Assembly: GCA_905178155.1 (NCBI GenBank)
Contig: CAJINV010000009.1
Span: forward strand, 1,609,907-1,673,906
From: Amoebophrya sp. A120
Taxonomy: Eukaryota > Protista > Dinoflagellata
Direction: 5' to 3'
DNA length: 64,000 bases
Part shown: positions 1-13,607 of the stretch, piece after piece
Layout of the letters: each line of letters begins with the position of its first letter
How positions within the stretch are numbered: position 1 is the stretch's first letter
Notes under the pieces: generated by a model
The model's input: only the letters and a program-made list of their open reading frames with translations
Told to the model about the DNA's origin: nothing
Database searches by the model: none
Position numbers and translations under genes: made by a program

Positions 1-160
1 GCGTACGTTATTGAAAACAAGCTCGGGATAGTACTACACACTACAAACAGGGTAAAAGGGATAATCTACAACAATAGGCTGAACCTGAAGAAATAGCGTA
101 CCACTGAGAGAATTTATTATCGAGAAAAATCACAGAGAGCAGGATAAGAAAGAATTTATT

Positions 161-3117
161 ATGGAGAAATATTATGCCAACGAACAGATTGGGCAGTCCA
201 GCTCCTCGTGTGCCCGGGATCTGAACAACGACCTGAACGACAACATGGGTACGACATCACAACCGGGCTTCCTGCAGCGCATCATCGGGAAGTGCCTGCA
301 CAGCCGGCAGTACCTGCCGCTCGGCCACGATGCGGAGCAGCAGCGAGGGGGCGACGGAGACGTGTCTGCGGGGCACGTCGGGAGGTACATCTCCCTCGCG
401 AACAACGACCGGGCAAGCAAGTTCGCCTGCCACGTGCCGGCGATCATCACGTTCAGTTCAACGGCACTGTTTCTCTTCGCGCTCTTCTACTCCCAGGTGA
501 TGTTCATACATCTCACGCTTTTCATGGGCGCCTGGATGTTCGGCTGGGTGAGTTACATGGGCATTTGCAGCTACTTCGGCGTCAAGAAGATGCGATACGA
601 ATGCAGCCAGGACTGGGGCAAGCAGTGGGAGGATTATTTGGTACCAATGGGCGAGTTAGTTTCAATTTTATGATACTACGTACACTTTCATGATGACACA
701 TTTGTCAGTAACTACATACTTAGATAGATTTGGATTGTTTGCGTATGTGCGTGCATGTGGGGGTTTTTACTCATGTGCCAACTCGCATTCCGATCAATCA
801 ACAGGCTCGCAATCCGGGTTGCGACGAGGGTCTGCTGCATTTCGTTATTTTGCCAAATTACGACGAAGAGGAGGAAATGATGTCGCAAACGATTAACAAC
901 GTGGCCAACAACAAGCTCGCGAAAAAATACATGGTCGTTGTGCTCGCCATGGAAGCACGAGAGGGCGAAGCAGGACAACAGAAAGCAAACAAGTATAGCT
1001 AGACTGTAGTGTTTTTACTCAATGGTTTGTCGTAGTCGTGCAGAAAATTTGTTCTGTCGCGGGTTTGCAATGCTCCCTACTAACCCGCGGATGTCACAGT
1101 CATGTCAGTCATGATTTATGAATATACTTGCAATTATGGGACGCGATAGATACTTACAAGCAATAAGCAAAATCAACAACGAACCTCACAGCCTGATCCA
1201 GAGACACCAGCACCTGTTCAAGGCCATGTTTGCGACTTACCATCCGGCAAGCATCCCGGGCGAAGTGAAGGGGAAATCCTCAAACACGCAGTGGGCTTAC
1301 CGTGAAGTGCAAAGATGGTATGTTTTTCGTACCCAAGAAAAACTTCAGGCTAGTTCCAAAGCCAAGTGCAAGTATGTAAATCTCAATGTTGCCGTTCCTG
1401 AATACTAGGAGTCAGATCTTCTTGCAGCGTCGGCGTCCGCAACTCCACGCCACGAGAGAAACTAACACACGAAACAAAAACAGGTATGGAGCCCACGTCT
1501 CTCGCGAAGGAGGGGAGCAGGATGCGAGCAAGGTTTTCTTGACGGTCGCGGATGCCGACAGCATCCACCACAAAGAGTACTTTGCCAATTTGACGCTAAA
1601 GGCCATGCCACTCTCAAGGGAAGAGCGAACCTGGACCATGTGGCAGCCACCAATACTGAACTGGAGAAACTGGGAAACGGTATAATGACATCAGCTAGGC
1701 TTGTTTTTACTAGCATCCAGCATGATCGGAAACTGACACGACCCCGGAACCGGATCAAAATCTCAATGCATTTTGTTTGTTCTTCCATCTTCGCGTTTCC
1801 TAAATCAAATCGCAAACGACCAACACGCGGCCTCTTTTCAGGTTCCCGGTCCCGTCCGGACTTCCTCTTACGGGACCTTTCTGTTCGAAGTTTCCGGTCT
1901 GGTGTCCTCCCCGGTGATTGACCACTTGGTCTTTTCGACCTACACACTCACGCTCGCGCTGGCCAACCACCCCATCGTGGACGGGTGGGATGCCGACGTG
2001 ATCGCGGAGGACCACCACATGTACATGAAGTGCCTCTGCGCCTGCCACTGGGAGTCACTGCTGTCCAACGAGTCGAACCGGAGTGTGAAGGGGATTTCCA
2101 AACTGAAGATCGAGGCCCTGTACACCCCGGTGACCAGCTACCTGGTCGAGGACAGCCGCGGCTGCCTGCACAACATCTACAGTCGCTACAAGCAGGCCAG
2201 GAGGCACATGCAGGGCATCTCCGAGCTCGCGTACCTGCTCCTCCAGCACTACAGCATCGCCACCACCAGTCGGGAAAGCATGCCGTGGCCGGCGCACCTG
2301 CAGATGCTGAACTTGGTGGTCAAGTACTGCACGGTGTCGATTTTGAACTGCGTCCACACGCTGGTCTTGCACCTCTTCGCCGTCACCTTCGCGATCTGGA
2401 TGGTGGCGGCGCTGTACCAGGGAACGCTGTTTGAGACGTTGGAGCAGCTGAACCAGATCCGGCTGGAATCGACCCTAGTGAACTTCCTGTGCCTGTTCCT
2501 CCAGTTCTCCACCCCGATCTTCGGCGCCGTGATCGTGGGCGCGAACTGGATGGGCGTAAAGGATTCGCTGGAGGGCTTGTACTGCCCCTTGTACTTTCTG
2601 TCGACAAAAACCTCCACGAGGGACGAACTGTATCAGGACATGCAGTACGGCGTCGCAACGCCCGACCGGAACGGAAATTTGGTCAGCGTGGAGCCACTAC
2701 CAATGGGGACAGACTTGAAAATGATGAAGAAGAAGGGCCTGCAGATCGTGCCCCTGCAGAGGAAACTCACCTACTGGGGCCAGTTGAAGACCTTCGTGCA
2801 GGTATATAGTATGTTGGAACTTTATTTCATACTTCGAGCGGGTTGTCGTGCGGCAGTTTTTGTTTCCATCTTGAAGATGAAAAAATACTGCGTATTCCAT
2901 TTATTTACAGGTTTACACCGACATCAACGTGATCGGGCAGCCAACACTTCTGCTATACGGCACAATTCCGCTGTTCCAGACGGCAATCTCGCTTTCGCAG
3001 TACGGACACAAATTCGATTACATCGTCGCTGCCAAGCCCGAAGCGCGAAAAATCGAGTCCGCCACCACCAGCAGCGGGTCGGCTTCTTCGTCCGAAGAGT
3101 GCGACAACGTCGTGTAA
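161..3117 (+). CDS. Membrane-bound family-2 glycosyltransferase (processive GT2-like), 6 exons, ~718 aa
   Basis: Exons 161-640, 805-992, 1192-1317, 1484-1679, 1842-2801, 2911-3117 join in phase across five GT-AG introns. The spliced product has HFVILPNYDE, HP..GEVKGKSSN, ADADS (DxD), WDADVIAEDHH and QARRHMQG (QxxRW-like) motifs, flanked by hydrophobic TM segments. Confidence 0.85.
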
Positions 3118-5500
3118 ATTATAGCATGGACATGTAAACTGCACTTCATCATCTGTACCTACTGTGCTCCTTCTCCGTTGACTCCTTCTTCTATTCAATC
3201 GCGATACTCCTTCTATCATTTATTTCTGTGTTGACATCAATTCCAATTGTGATCCTAAACTAGTATGACATATACTCTCCTGTGTTTTACAACTACTGTT
3301 CAGTCGAGTTTACGTTAGCATCAGACAAACGTGATCATGTTTTAGCTTCTATTCTATTCATCTAACCTTCACCAGAAGCGGCCTGCTGAAGGTGGTGCAG
3401 GTCGTGAGGACCGCGTGCAATTTGTTGCTGCGGCCTTCTTCTATCAATACCATGCATTTTTTCAAAGTGTTTACGAACCAGTATCAAAGAAAGCCCTATC
3501 TGTAGATCTTTTAGCGGACTAGAGCGGTAGACGTCGTCAGCTTGACGATCAACTCGAGAGGTACGACTCACCACGACGGCGGCGTCAACTCGTACTAAGT
3601 GTCAATCTGCTGAAGCCTTCTACTCTCCTAGAAAACCACCGACAGCATCAGTACTCCAAGTTTTGTATCCTATCTCGAAGACAAACGTACAAAATTAACG
3701 TACAGTGAATCTTGTCAATTTTGATGAGAAAAACTGCCACGAGCACAATGTGTGTCGGCAGCACCTCTTTTCTATACCCTACACTAGTTTGCCATCCTTA
3801 TCGTAACTTTTTACCGACCTATTTGCAACTCGTGCAGTTGCTCGACCCTTTCGTAGCTTCCGTACCGACCTCTCAACACCGTATTAATTGAGTTGTTTAC
3901 TCGACATTTACAATAGCTGCCTTAAGTTTTGAACCCCCGAAATGGCCGCGTGGTAGTACAATAGGACAATGCTGCGAATGACATCACGCCCGGCCAAGAC
4001 GAACCTAGTACTCCCTTGAGAAGTACAGACCCTCTTCGATGATATTTGCAAAATAAGCAATAAACGCGTTTGATTTTTTCTAAAGTTTATTTGACCGGGA
4101 TAAAACAGACCACAATATCCGAAGAGATGAAGTGCCAATTTTATTTGGAAATATTTTCACGAGCACTACAGCACCTGTATATTATGTTGTTTACAAAAAA
4201 CGTTCGAAGACGAAAACCTGATTGGCCCCTGGCGCTCAAGGGAAATGCTTGAACATCAACGGGCAAGCCTGCTCGATCGCTCCTCTCTCTCAATTGCAAC
4301 TTGCCTGTGCGCAATCGCTGTTGAATGAGTAGAGGGGTGGTCTTCGCGAAAAGACTGCCGAAACAATTTTGACACCAGGACCACGTTACAAATCACAACA
4401 ATACTGGGAGGAAAACAAAACGACGATAAGAGTACAGTGCTTCTACTGAACCTCAGCAATAGACTACTACTAGAGCCTAGTAATAGCTTGCAGCAGAGCA
4501 ACTTCCAAAATTCCTTTCCCTAGTACAGGCCCACAGCTTTGATACAGTGGCATCATTGTGGAAAAGTTGATGTGTCTTGAACATCTAGAAATTCGTTTTG
4601 AATCACAGGGGGCATGATAAATTGATTCATAAATAAACATGATTCGATAAAAGACATCAAGCTCAGTTACACTGAGTTGGGAGACGAGCACCACTAGACC
4701 CCCTCCTAGAAAGCGTTTTCATCTTCATCATAGCGTGAGAAAAAAAACCGTGGTAGAAACAAATAGTCGTGGTGAAAATTGAAGGCAAGTGACACTTGAG
4801 GCACTACCATCTTCCTCTTCGAAGAACATGATTATCCGAGAAAATGACGACTATAGCATGAGCAAAATTACCAGAGAAATTCCACGGATCGCTCTCCTAT
4901 CTACGCTGCTTAAAATGTACCTTTGCCTTGAAATTGATAGTGTCCTCTCACGAAAACTGGTTGAACCAGATTTCGTCTGGGTTATTTTCAAGTGCAACGT
5001 CGATGAAATAGGAATGTCTAAAGGCCCTCGATTCGGATTTCAATTTGCATTTTCATCCGATCGAGGTATCGCAGACTGACGCATTTTTAAGCATGAGAAA
5101 TATGAATCAATCGAAATGAAGAAAAAATCGCAGGCGTTGACGAAGATGAAGATGTCTCTTCGAAATTTGTGGCACGCATTGAAAAAAATCCAGGAGCATT
5201 GTCCGTTGACAATCATCTCATATAATTAATTTCAGCGTTGACGCCGTGCCTGGTGTTCATCCCAGTCATTTTCCCTCTCGTCTTCGTCACAACACGAGAA
5301 TCGTCTCAGAGTGAAAAACGAAAGAGCGCAGAGTGGTTTTCGATCATTCCAAAAACAGGAACTGGTGAGTGAGTATTAGAGTGTGTTTTGCTCAATTGGG
5401 CAGTGAGTGTCCGTCGGCATACTAGAGTAATGTTTGTCGTGACAACTAACGCAAGACTAAGATTCATATTAACAAGAGGCCACGAGCCACCAACATCAAC

Positions 5501-7005
5501 ATGAAGTCTATCGGAAGGCTGTTGTACGACAGCGGACGCAGGTCTATTTCGCAAAGAAACTGGCTGCAGTCTTCTTCTTCGGGTTCAATATTCGAGCTGC
5601 GCAGTCTAAGTCTTGACACACCGGAAGCAGGAGCTCGGCGAGCTTGGTTGAATACATGCAGTAGGCGTACCATGATGGGCTCTGAAGCAGAGCCGGTACG
5701 GACGCCTAATATTGCCACTACCCCGACCGACATGCAGGTTGAAAACTCCGGCAAAATCAGCACGAGTCAGTCTAATCGAACGAGAAATGCACTGAACATG
5801 GCGGATGACGTCAAAAAACTCATCCTACGGAAAGAGCTACAACCGTCTTATTCAACAAACCGCGTGGGTATCGTATCGACCTGCTCTGCGACGCCATGCG
5901 CGCAATCGACTCTGGTTTCGAGTTTTACACATTGCCGGTACGCTGGCCGGCAACCACATTGTACAAGTATCGGAGCAGTCATGCAGACGTGTGGTTACCC
6001 CTCGTAGTGAAAACAACATCGACCGCGATCCTATCTCGGAAGATATAGATACGTGTCAACACAAACCTTGATACCGGGGACGAGGTGCTATTCGACGACG
6101 ACCAAGAGCCCAGCTACCGATTCAAGTATTCGAGAAGCAAAAAGATGGACTCGTTCCTGCAAATCCACATTGGTATTGCTCCTGCTGCAGCTGCAAAGTT
6201 CTTTGTCTACGATCCTTTCACGCGGTATGATAAAGCGACTAACTCTGGCGATAAAAAGATGAAAGTGCGGAGGGGCCGCGGAGAACAAAGGCCAAAGTTC
6301 TTATTTCGTTCCTTTGAGGGGGCACTGGACCCACACTCTCTGGCTGACGTTTTGTGCGAGAACTGGCACGCTTCCACGCCTCTATCCCGGTATGATTGCT
6401 TTCGTTCAGTGACGGCGACGATGGATAATCCAAATCAAATTGTCGCGTCCACCGCATTGGCCGAAGCCGATAAACTTTTGTATCATCCAAATGGTTTGCG
6501 CTTGAGTTTCCCACCGCCGTGTTTCCGGACTCTCCACAACAGTCTGCTAAACGAGCACAGGATCGTTCATCGAATTGCGATCAACCGTTCGCAGTATTTC
6601 GGGAAGGAGATTAAGCTGTCGACCAGGTTCAACAATAGCGGTTCAGGAAGAGAGCGTCCATTAAGTGTTCAAGAAATAGAGTGCCTGGATTTTGTTATTG
6701 TGCTGGACTACGAGCAGGCAGAGCTGCAAAACTTACGGGGGCTTTTTTGCTTGCCGAAAAAAGAGGTCATTGAATGTCTCACCACGTCAGAAAGAAGAGC
6801 TAGGTCGCAGCCCCACCGGCAACACGAATGCAGCGAAATAAAAACCTTTGGTCTGTACCCACCTGCCGTTGTACCACGGCTAACCTGGGCAAAGACAAAA
6901 GAAAAGGCGATGAGACAGATGGATTACTACATTGATCCCTCCTTGAGCGGTGCAGGAGAGAAATTGAAGAATATTTATTTGCGCAACAACAATACATCTG
7001 CATGA
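5501..7005 (+). CDS. Hypothetical protein, possibly PD-(D/E)XK/MepB-like; either spliced via intron 5873-6048 or disrupted by two small duplications
   Basis: ORFs 5501-6007 and 6085-7005 join in phase by a GT-AG intron at 5873-6048. They also join by deleting duplicated GTATC (5873-5877) and TAGATA (6046-6051). The C-terminus GLFCLPK...FGLYPP...QMDYYID resembles the MepB-like motif from memory. Confidence 0.5.
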
Positions 7006-7790
7006 ATACCTATGTATACTTATCAGCATACCCGAGACCGAGTGAAGGCAAGAGTGCAAACCTTAGGTTGCTTTCTCAAAGGAACGGTGGCTCGAGCCGC
7101 TGCTTTCACTGATAGTGCATTGAGTGTTCCAAGTTCATCATGAGTAGCAATGCGAAGAGGGCACATCTGAAAAAATTGAAGAGAGTGAGTTTTTGACCAT
7201 GAGTGAATTAGTCGGTTTGCTTACTCAGATCCTCCGAGGCGGTGACGAGGCTGCGAATTTATTTCTGTAATTCAATTTCAGAGAGGTATGACTATGAGCA
7301 TGCAGTGCACGAAAGGAAACTATAATGATGCAACATAATAGTCCAAAGCCAAACTTAAAACTACTATATTCACAGGAGGCTATTCTTCGGGAGGAAGTGC
7401 TATTTATTTAGCCCCCTTTTTTTGGAAGAAAAACCCGAAAGAAGTACGGGAGACTGGAGTGATCTAGTTTTGTTTTGTCTTTTTGAAGTGGAACTAACGG
7501 AAGTAACACAATTCTGTGAATGGTTTTGACTTTTGTGTAGTCAAACTTTAGGAGAGGAAGTCTAAACTGTTCCCAAGACCATAGTCAAGGCGATCGCAGT
7601 GTATTTTTGACCAATAGCTCAAAAGGCGAAACAACTTTTTGGCGCAAAATTTCTTTTTCAACGAAGGTTTTCGTGTCGCTCCACAACGAGAGGTACATAC
7701 TTTTTATCCAGGTAGTAACCGAAGTTTCAGGAGTTCTCTAACAGAAAACCGTGGTCGTCTTTTCTCTTGATCACGACATCGATCACGACT

Positions 7791-9332
7791 ATGGCCGCTG
7801 CAAGCCAGGTGACGCAGCAGCAGCGTCAGCCGCGCGCGGCTGCAAAGAAGCCGAAGGGGAGTGCGCAGTCGCGTTCGGGTTCTTCCTCCTCTTTCGAGGA
7901 TCTGTCTCCTTACATGGAAGACGAAACCACTTTCGGGGGGAAGTCTCAACCCGAGACCCCGGCGTTCCGGGACCAGACGGAGAACACGTTGGTCTTGTTA
8001 CCGCGGACCATGGAACCTGTGGCCAAGGGAAATCGTTCCGGCGCTGCTGGTACAGACAACTACACGCCGTTTTTTTAATCTTGATCCGTAGGTACAGGTT
8101 AGTAGCACCACCGCATGCAGTGTTGTATTTGCAAAGCAACAGCAAGCCAGTATGAGCTTTTGCTTTTTTAACTCGTATAAACTTAAACAAAAACAGGTTC
8201 TGTCAAATCCTCCAACTCGGGCAGCCTTGTCCTGGTCGACAGCCCGTCCGACGTGATCTCTCTTTCTTCCTCCGGAAACGCGCTCGCTTCCTCGAATTTC
8301 ACCAGTAATGTGAGTTTGCTGATGTCTTCGAACGCTTCGTCCCCGGCCGCGTCGACCAAGCACGCAACCGGACAACTGCGGATGTTGAAGAAAAACAAGT
8401 TCGGGGTGAAGCCCTACGAGGGTGAACAAGCCGCGCAGATTGGTACCAACGAGCTGGAAAGCGACATGGATTCGAACGAGATGACGACCGATGACTTTCG
8501 CTACAGCGGCACGAAGCGTGGCGGGGTCGTGAAGCGGTCCTTTCAGTCCGCGGACACGCATGCGGGGAGGCAGGAGACTGGCTCCTGGGCGCAGCGCAAG
8601 AAGGAGCACGAGAAACGCAGCAAGGCGAACAAGGACAAGAACCGGTTCGGGGAATTTCGCCCGCGCCACTACGCCGGCACCGTCGGGTTTCTGGCCAGCA
8701 AGGGGAAGCAAGCGGAGATTCAGGACGTGAAGGAAGTGGTTTTTCACATTAATTCTGGAAGTGCGCAGCAAGAAAATACGCGTCCCATGACCACAACTTC
8801 TGGTGCCGGTGGAAACAAATCTAAGATGCAGTCCACGGCGGGCAATAACACTTCTACGCCCGCGACCTGGACTCCGCGCACGTCTCCGGCGGGGAAAATG
8901 AACTATGCGCAGATGAAGACTATCAGTTTGGACAAGCCGTTGAAGTGGGCGATTGAAGCCGATCTGAATTCCGGGTGCCAGGAGCTCGCGAACATCTCGC
9001 AGATCCCCGTGCGCGTGGAGCAAAATCGTCGCGTGAGCGGCAAGGTGCTCGGCGGATCCCCGATGAAAGGGCATCTGGAAAAGGTGTACTACCCGCAGGG
9101 AGGTGCGAATTCGCCTTCCGCGGCGGAGGCCATTGTGGACTGTCCCACGATTGGTGGCGGATCCATGATGGGCAAGACTACTCCGACCAAGAACCAGAAG
9201 CTTGTGAAAGGAAAAGGAAAACACGAGAAGAGCGCTGGCCGCTTCGAGGGCAAAAAAACGGCTTCTGCGGGCGCCGGGCAGCAAGAGCGGGTGGAACTCG
9301 TGATTTCTATTATGATGTACGATCACAAGTGA
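7791..9332 (+). CDS. Hypothetical Ser/Lys/Gly-rich protein, 2 exons, ~464 aa
   Basis: Exons 7791-8049 and 8197-9332 join in phase via GT-AG intron 8050-8196. GC3-rich codon usage; no recognisable domain. Confidence 0.65.
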
Positions 9333-9787
9333 GAAGAGGAATGAGGAATCATACATAGTAAGGTGATGAACAATCCGAATCCGAGGAAGCGACGCGGTGA
9401 AAACAAGAACGAACCACATAGATTTTGATCTAACAGTGGCTGCTTGCGGAGTAGTTGAAAAGTCACTAGATTTGTATGTCTTAACCATGTGAAGCAAGTG
9501 TGCTATATTATTGTACCGTGTCAAATAATTTCATGTTGATATGATCGCTATCGGAAGACGGTGTTTCCAAAAATCTCGAATCCCTAGTTGAACGACCAAC
9601 ATAACGACAAATTTGAAATGATATATTGCTCTTGCATTGCTACGAAAACGAAAGAAAGGAAAAAATAGAGTACCGATACAAGTTTTGAAAACCTGCGATC
9701 ATTCGTCTGACAAAAAAAGCTAAAACATGCAATTATCGATTGGGCGAACACTGCAGACTTATATTGCTGACCCCGGGATTTATGCCT

Positions 9788-10176
9788 GAAATCGGTAAGC
9801 TGAGTAGCCGTAAAGGCCCAGGGTTCTCTTCAGCATATGCTTAGCGCGTGGCTCCTATCCTGCATTTTTTGCTTCATAAACATGTCAAAAGGGAATGCCA
9901 TTCTTTCCCGAGTTTATAAAGGTATACATAGAGCTCCGATATTGTTGCAAAAGCTAGAAGTAGAATTGCACATCAGAAAATGGCACGCATCGTTTGGCTG
10001 TCTCGCTGGTACTTAAGTACTTGCAAGTGGCACTTATAGTACAGCAGCACGCCGGGCTGAGTGTAGACGAGTGCGGTCATCATGGCACAATTTTAGTCTT
10101 GTATTCCAAAGATCACATCAACACACAATCCCCGCGTCACATCCGAAATCGGTAGGCTGAGTAGCCGTAAGGACCC
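9788..10176. repeat. Imperfect ~32-bp dispersed direct repeat (GAAATCGGTARGCTGAGTAGCCGTAA...)
   Basis: Copies at 9788-9819 and 10145-10176 in intergenic DNA. Confidence 0.7.
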
Positions 10177-11564
10177 CTTCCGCCTACGTTTATTGTGCAC
10201 TACTGAAGAAGTATATCGATTAGTCCTAGGAAAATTGCACCTTTCAGCATTCACTATCACTACTGTGTTTCCTTGCGAGCGGATACATAGCATTTCCATT
10301 TTGAGCATTTCCAGTTCTTTTTGTTTGTTTTTTATCTTCTCGACCTGATTGATGTCAGCTACGAGTCACAAGGAGGCAGAGGACACTCGTATGGATGTCA
10401 GCTACCAATTTTAGTCTTAATATCTGAACTTCTTTGTTAATTTTCCCGAAATATATTTAGCTTCAAAGAAAAATAAAGTATACAGTTTAAGTAGCACAAT
10501 TGAAGGGGACGCGGTGAGATTCGGTGTTGCTCTAATTTCATGCTCTCGAAAGTCTGCAAAATCAACGTAATTTGTTGCAATGAATTGCAAGTTGCGCTGT
10601 TGAAATATCACTGCACTCGAGAATCTCATCCATTGATTTGCAGCAGTCTTTCCAAATTAGGCAGAGCTTTTTAAAGGAACGGGAAGACGAACAAGTGGCA
10701 TGACGCACATGCCAATTTTCCGTAATCAAAAAAGCATACATAGTACTGTTTTAGCAAACACTTTTTACAAAATTGCCCCGCGAGCAACTTAATCTTAACT
10801 CCATACCAGTTTGTCATGAAGTAGCCCGCGATTCAGCGTTTACAACGACGTGTAAAAATATCAAACATTCCATGGCGGGAGAAAAGTTGGCCCTTAAGAT
10901 GAGTATGGAAAGTAAAACACATGCAGAGCACGGACAATTATGATGGGATGCATAGTTGTATTCCAACTAAAAAACCTTGAAGAATGTTGAAGCCCCTGCG
11001 TGTTGTACAGATGCTCACATCATCAAAAACGAGTAAATTTTGCAAACACCGTTGTAATTTGAGAGTACGCATTGAAAGCCTTATACCATGCTTGGAAACT
11101 CCAGAGAAGGCGACGGAGCCGCTGCAGTTCCGCATGGATTAGTTTCTTCACAGCTGTATAATTTGATGTTCACCAAACATTACATTGCAGGTGCGTGATA
11201 GAAGCAATCTTCGTTTATTGTGTCTGTTTCACGAGATAGAAGCCTCACTACACCCCTGGAGAGGCACGAAATTCCAAGGCTGAGTTTGTCTGAGCTGAGC
11301 TGCCGTCTTCACAAAGTTGTGGTTCATAATAAGTATCGCCTTGTTTACGCATGTAAGACGTAAAATTCTTGTGTACTGTAGTTTTGTTTCAGCGTCAACT
11401 TCGTGATTAAAACCGGCTTGTCAACGTAAAGTCGAGTCAGATACTACCTCGTATTGTTTGAATTGGCTGCTGCTACACTACGCTGTCGCAACAAAGTCCT
11501 CCTTCGCTTTCTACTTCAGTCTATCATTCACTTTCTTCTCGTCCACAATCACAACGGAAACATC

Positions 11565-12715
11565 ATGGCAACCCCGACAATTCCCCACCCCTCTTTGGCG
11601 AAAGCCGATGACTTTCTCCGGGTGATCAAGAAGAATCACGACAAGCGGTGGAAAAACGGCATTTCCTCTTTCAACGCGGAACGCGCTCCGTTCTGGCGGT
11701 TCGTGGTCAACGGCATGAAGGTGGCCGACTCGTGCAAAAGTTGCAACTACCTCCGGGCCATCGTCGCTGCGGAGATTGCCGTTTATGCCGATCGCGCGAT
11801 GCTCCCGCCAAAGGCCGCGCGGACCATGTTTGCCGACCTGGGGAAGAAGTTCGGTGGACAAGTCAACATCGTGAACAGCGCCGAGGGGGTTGGCACCGAC
11901 GTGGACGATGGCGAGATCCCGCGGATTCTGGCCAGCGCGATTCAGGACCTCGGGCCGAAGGAGACCATTCCGGAGGACGTAAAGGAGAGGCTGCTTGTCT
12001 GCGCAAAGAAGCTGATGCTGAACAACAAGCACCTGGGACCGAAGACCAAGCCGGGGCAAGAGATGGAGTACTGGAGTGCGGACCTGGAGACCCTGGGGCA
12101 GGACTTGCTGCAAAAGATTGGACAACTGAATTCGCACGTTTTGAAGGCGGTGGAGGACGAAGCTGCGGCGAAAAAAGCAGAGGAGACGAAGAAGATGCCA
12201 CAGCAACTTGCGCAGCTGCTGGACATGATGAATGGGAAGAACGCGACAACCAAGAGCGGGCAGGAAATGACGCAAGAGGAAACGGACATGCAGAACAAAT
12301 TTAGAAACTTTATGCGCCCCAAAGTAAGTGCGTGAGTTCGCTTTTGTGTAAAGTAGTTGTGTTAATACCGAGGAGCCAGTGCTTTTTTTCCGCATTGGAT
12401 CTGTGAACAAGCATCAACATGCGACAAAAAAAGTTGTCTGAAGAAATTAACTTCTACCCCCAAGAACAGGTGCAGAAGACCCCCGGCGGACCGTTTCTCC
12501 CCATGAACGACGAGGAATACCAGAAGCATTTGGACGCCGTGAAAGACCCCGCCAAGAGGCGCAACATGTTCGCCCCCCTGCCCAAAGACGCGCTGGACAA
12601 GTGGCAGAAAGCGGATCGGGAAGCGGCGCAGAAAACGGATCGCCGGGACAAGGTGCTGCAAAGCATCGCCATGCCAAGCGGCCTCGGTGAGATGGAAACC
12701 GTGCGGGGGGCGTGA
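11565..12715 (+). CDS. Hypothetical helical protein, 2 exons, ~334 aa
   Basis: Exons 11565-12323 and 12470-12715, with a GTAAGT...CAG phase-0 intron at 12324-12469. Strong coding bias. Confidence 0.75.
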
Positions 12716-13607
12716 TGGAGGTACTGCGCAGAGGACAACACGCCCTATCGCTGATCTTTGATGCCTCGCAAATAAGTTGGACGCCTAAGCCTCTGCCTCG
12801 CTTTGTATGATGCTTAATATTTTCAGATACATTTATGTTGCTGCTCCCTGACTGTACAGGATGGCCGTTACACTAGTACTAAACGTTGATGTAGTCCATT
12901 GAAATGTACGGAATCGAAAACCAAATGAAAAGATGTATCAACCAACGAAATGATATATGAGTTGCAGTTTTGCCAGCGACACCGTGTACAATAATGACTT
13001 TGAACACTTGTTCGCAGGCCTAGTAGTGTACAGCTTTCATTGTTATTGAACCCGTCGAAAAGTGTACCAAGACACAGAAAAGAAACAGCTCCCTTGAAGA
13101 CGACGCTTTTCGCCGCGGAGAGAAAAGGCAAAATCCAGGCAGGCGGCATTGATTTTCGCACGATTCCAATTTTCGTTCTCGAGCAAACTGGTTTCGGAGA
13201 TCTCCGTTTATTTGCAAAGTAGCGGAAGAGCGCAGCCATATTTGGATTATGACTGCTGTAAGTTAATTCTTGCAGATCGTTTTGGTGCAACGCCAACGCC
13301 CGGTAGTTTTGAACGATTACGAGGGACAGTGCAGGAGCGGGTGGAGTTATTGGACAGGACTTTTTGTTGCGGTAGGGCGAAGTCAGGCTGCGGCTCTGAG
13401 ACTGAGAGGTGGACCCACAACACTGGTGGGATGCATGATGTGCAAGAGGAGAACTAACAGGAGCGAAAGGAAAAGGGCCGGAGTGCATGAGTTAGTACTT
13501 TAGTGCGCAGTACTATTTCAAGAAAAGAGAGACGTATGTATAGAGGGTGATCGATTCTACTTCTTTTTCTAGTTCAGGTTAGTCGCTGTTTCATATACAA
13601 TCGCAAC

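Noticed and set aside
7998-9524. Long minus-strand ORFs (508 aa here; also 11511-12410, 21096-22046, 48238-49143, 58440-58952)
   Set aside because: They are antisense shadows of GC3-rich plus-strand exons, with no domain motifs or splice structure of their own.
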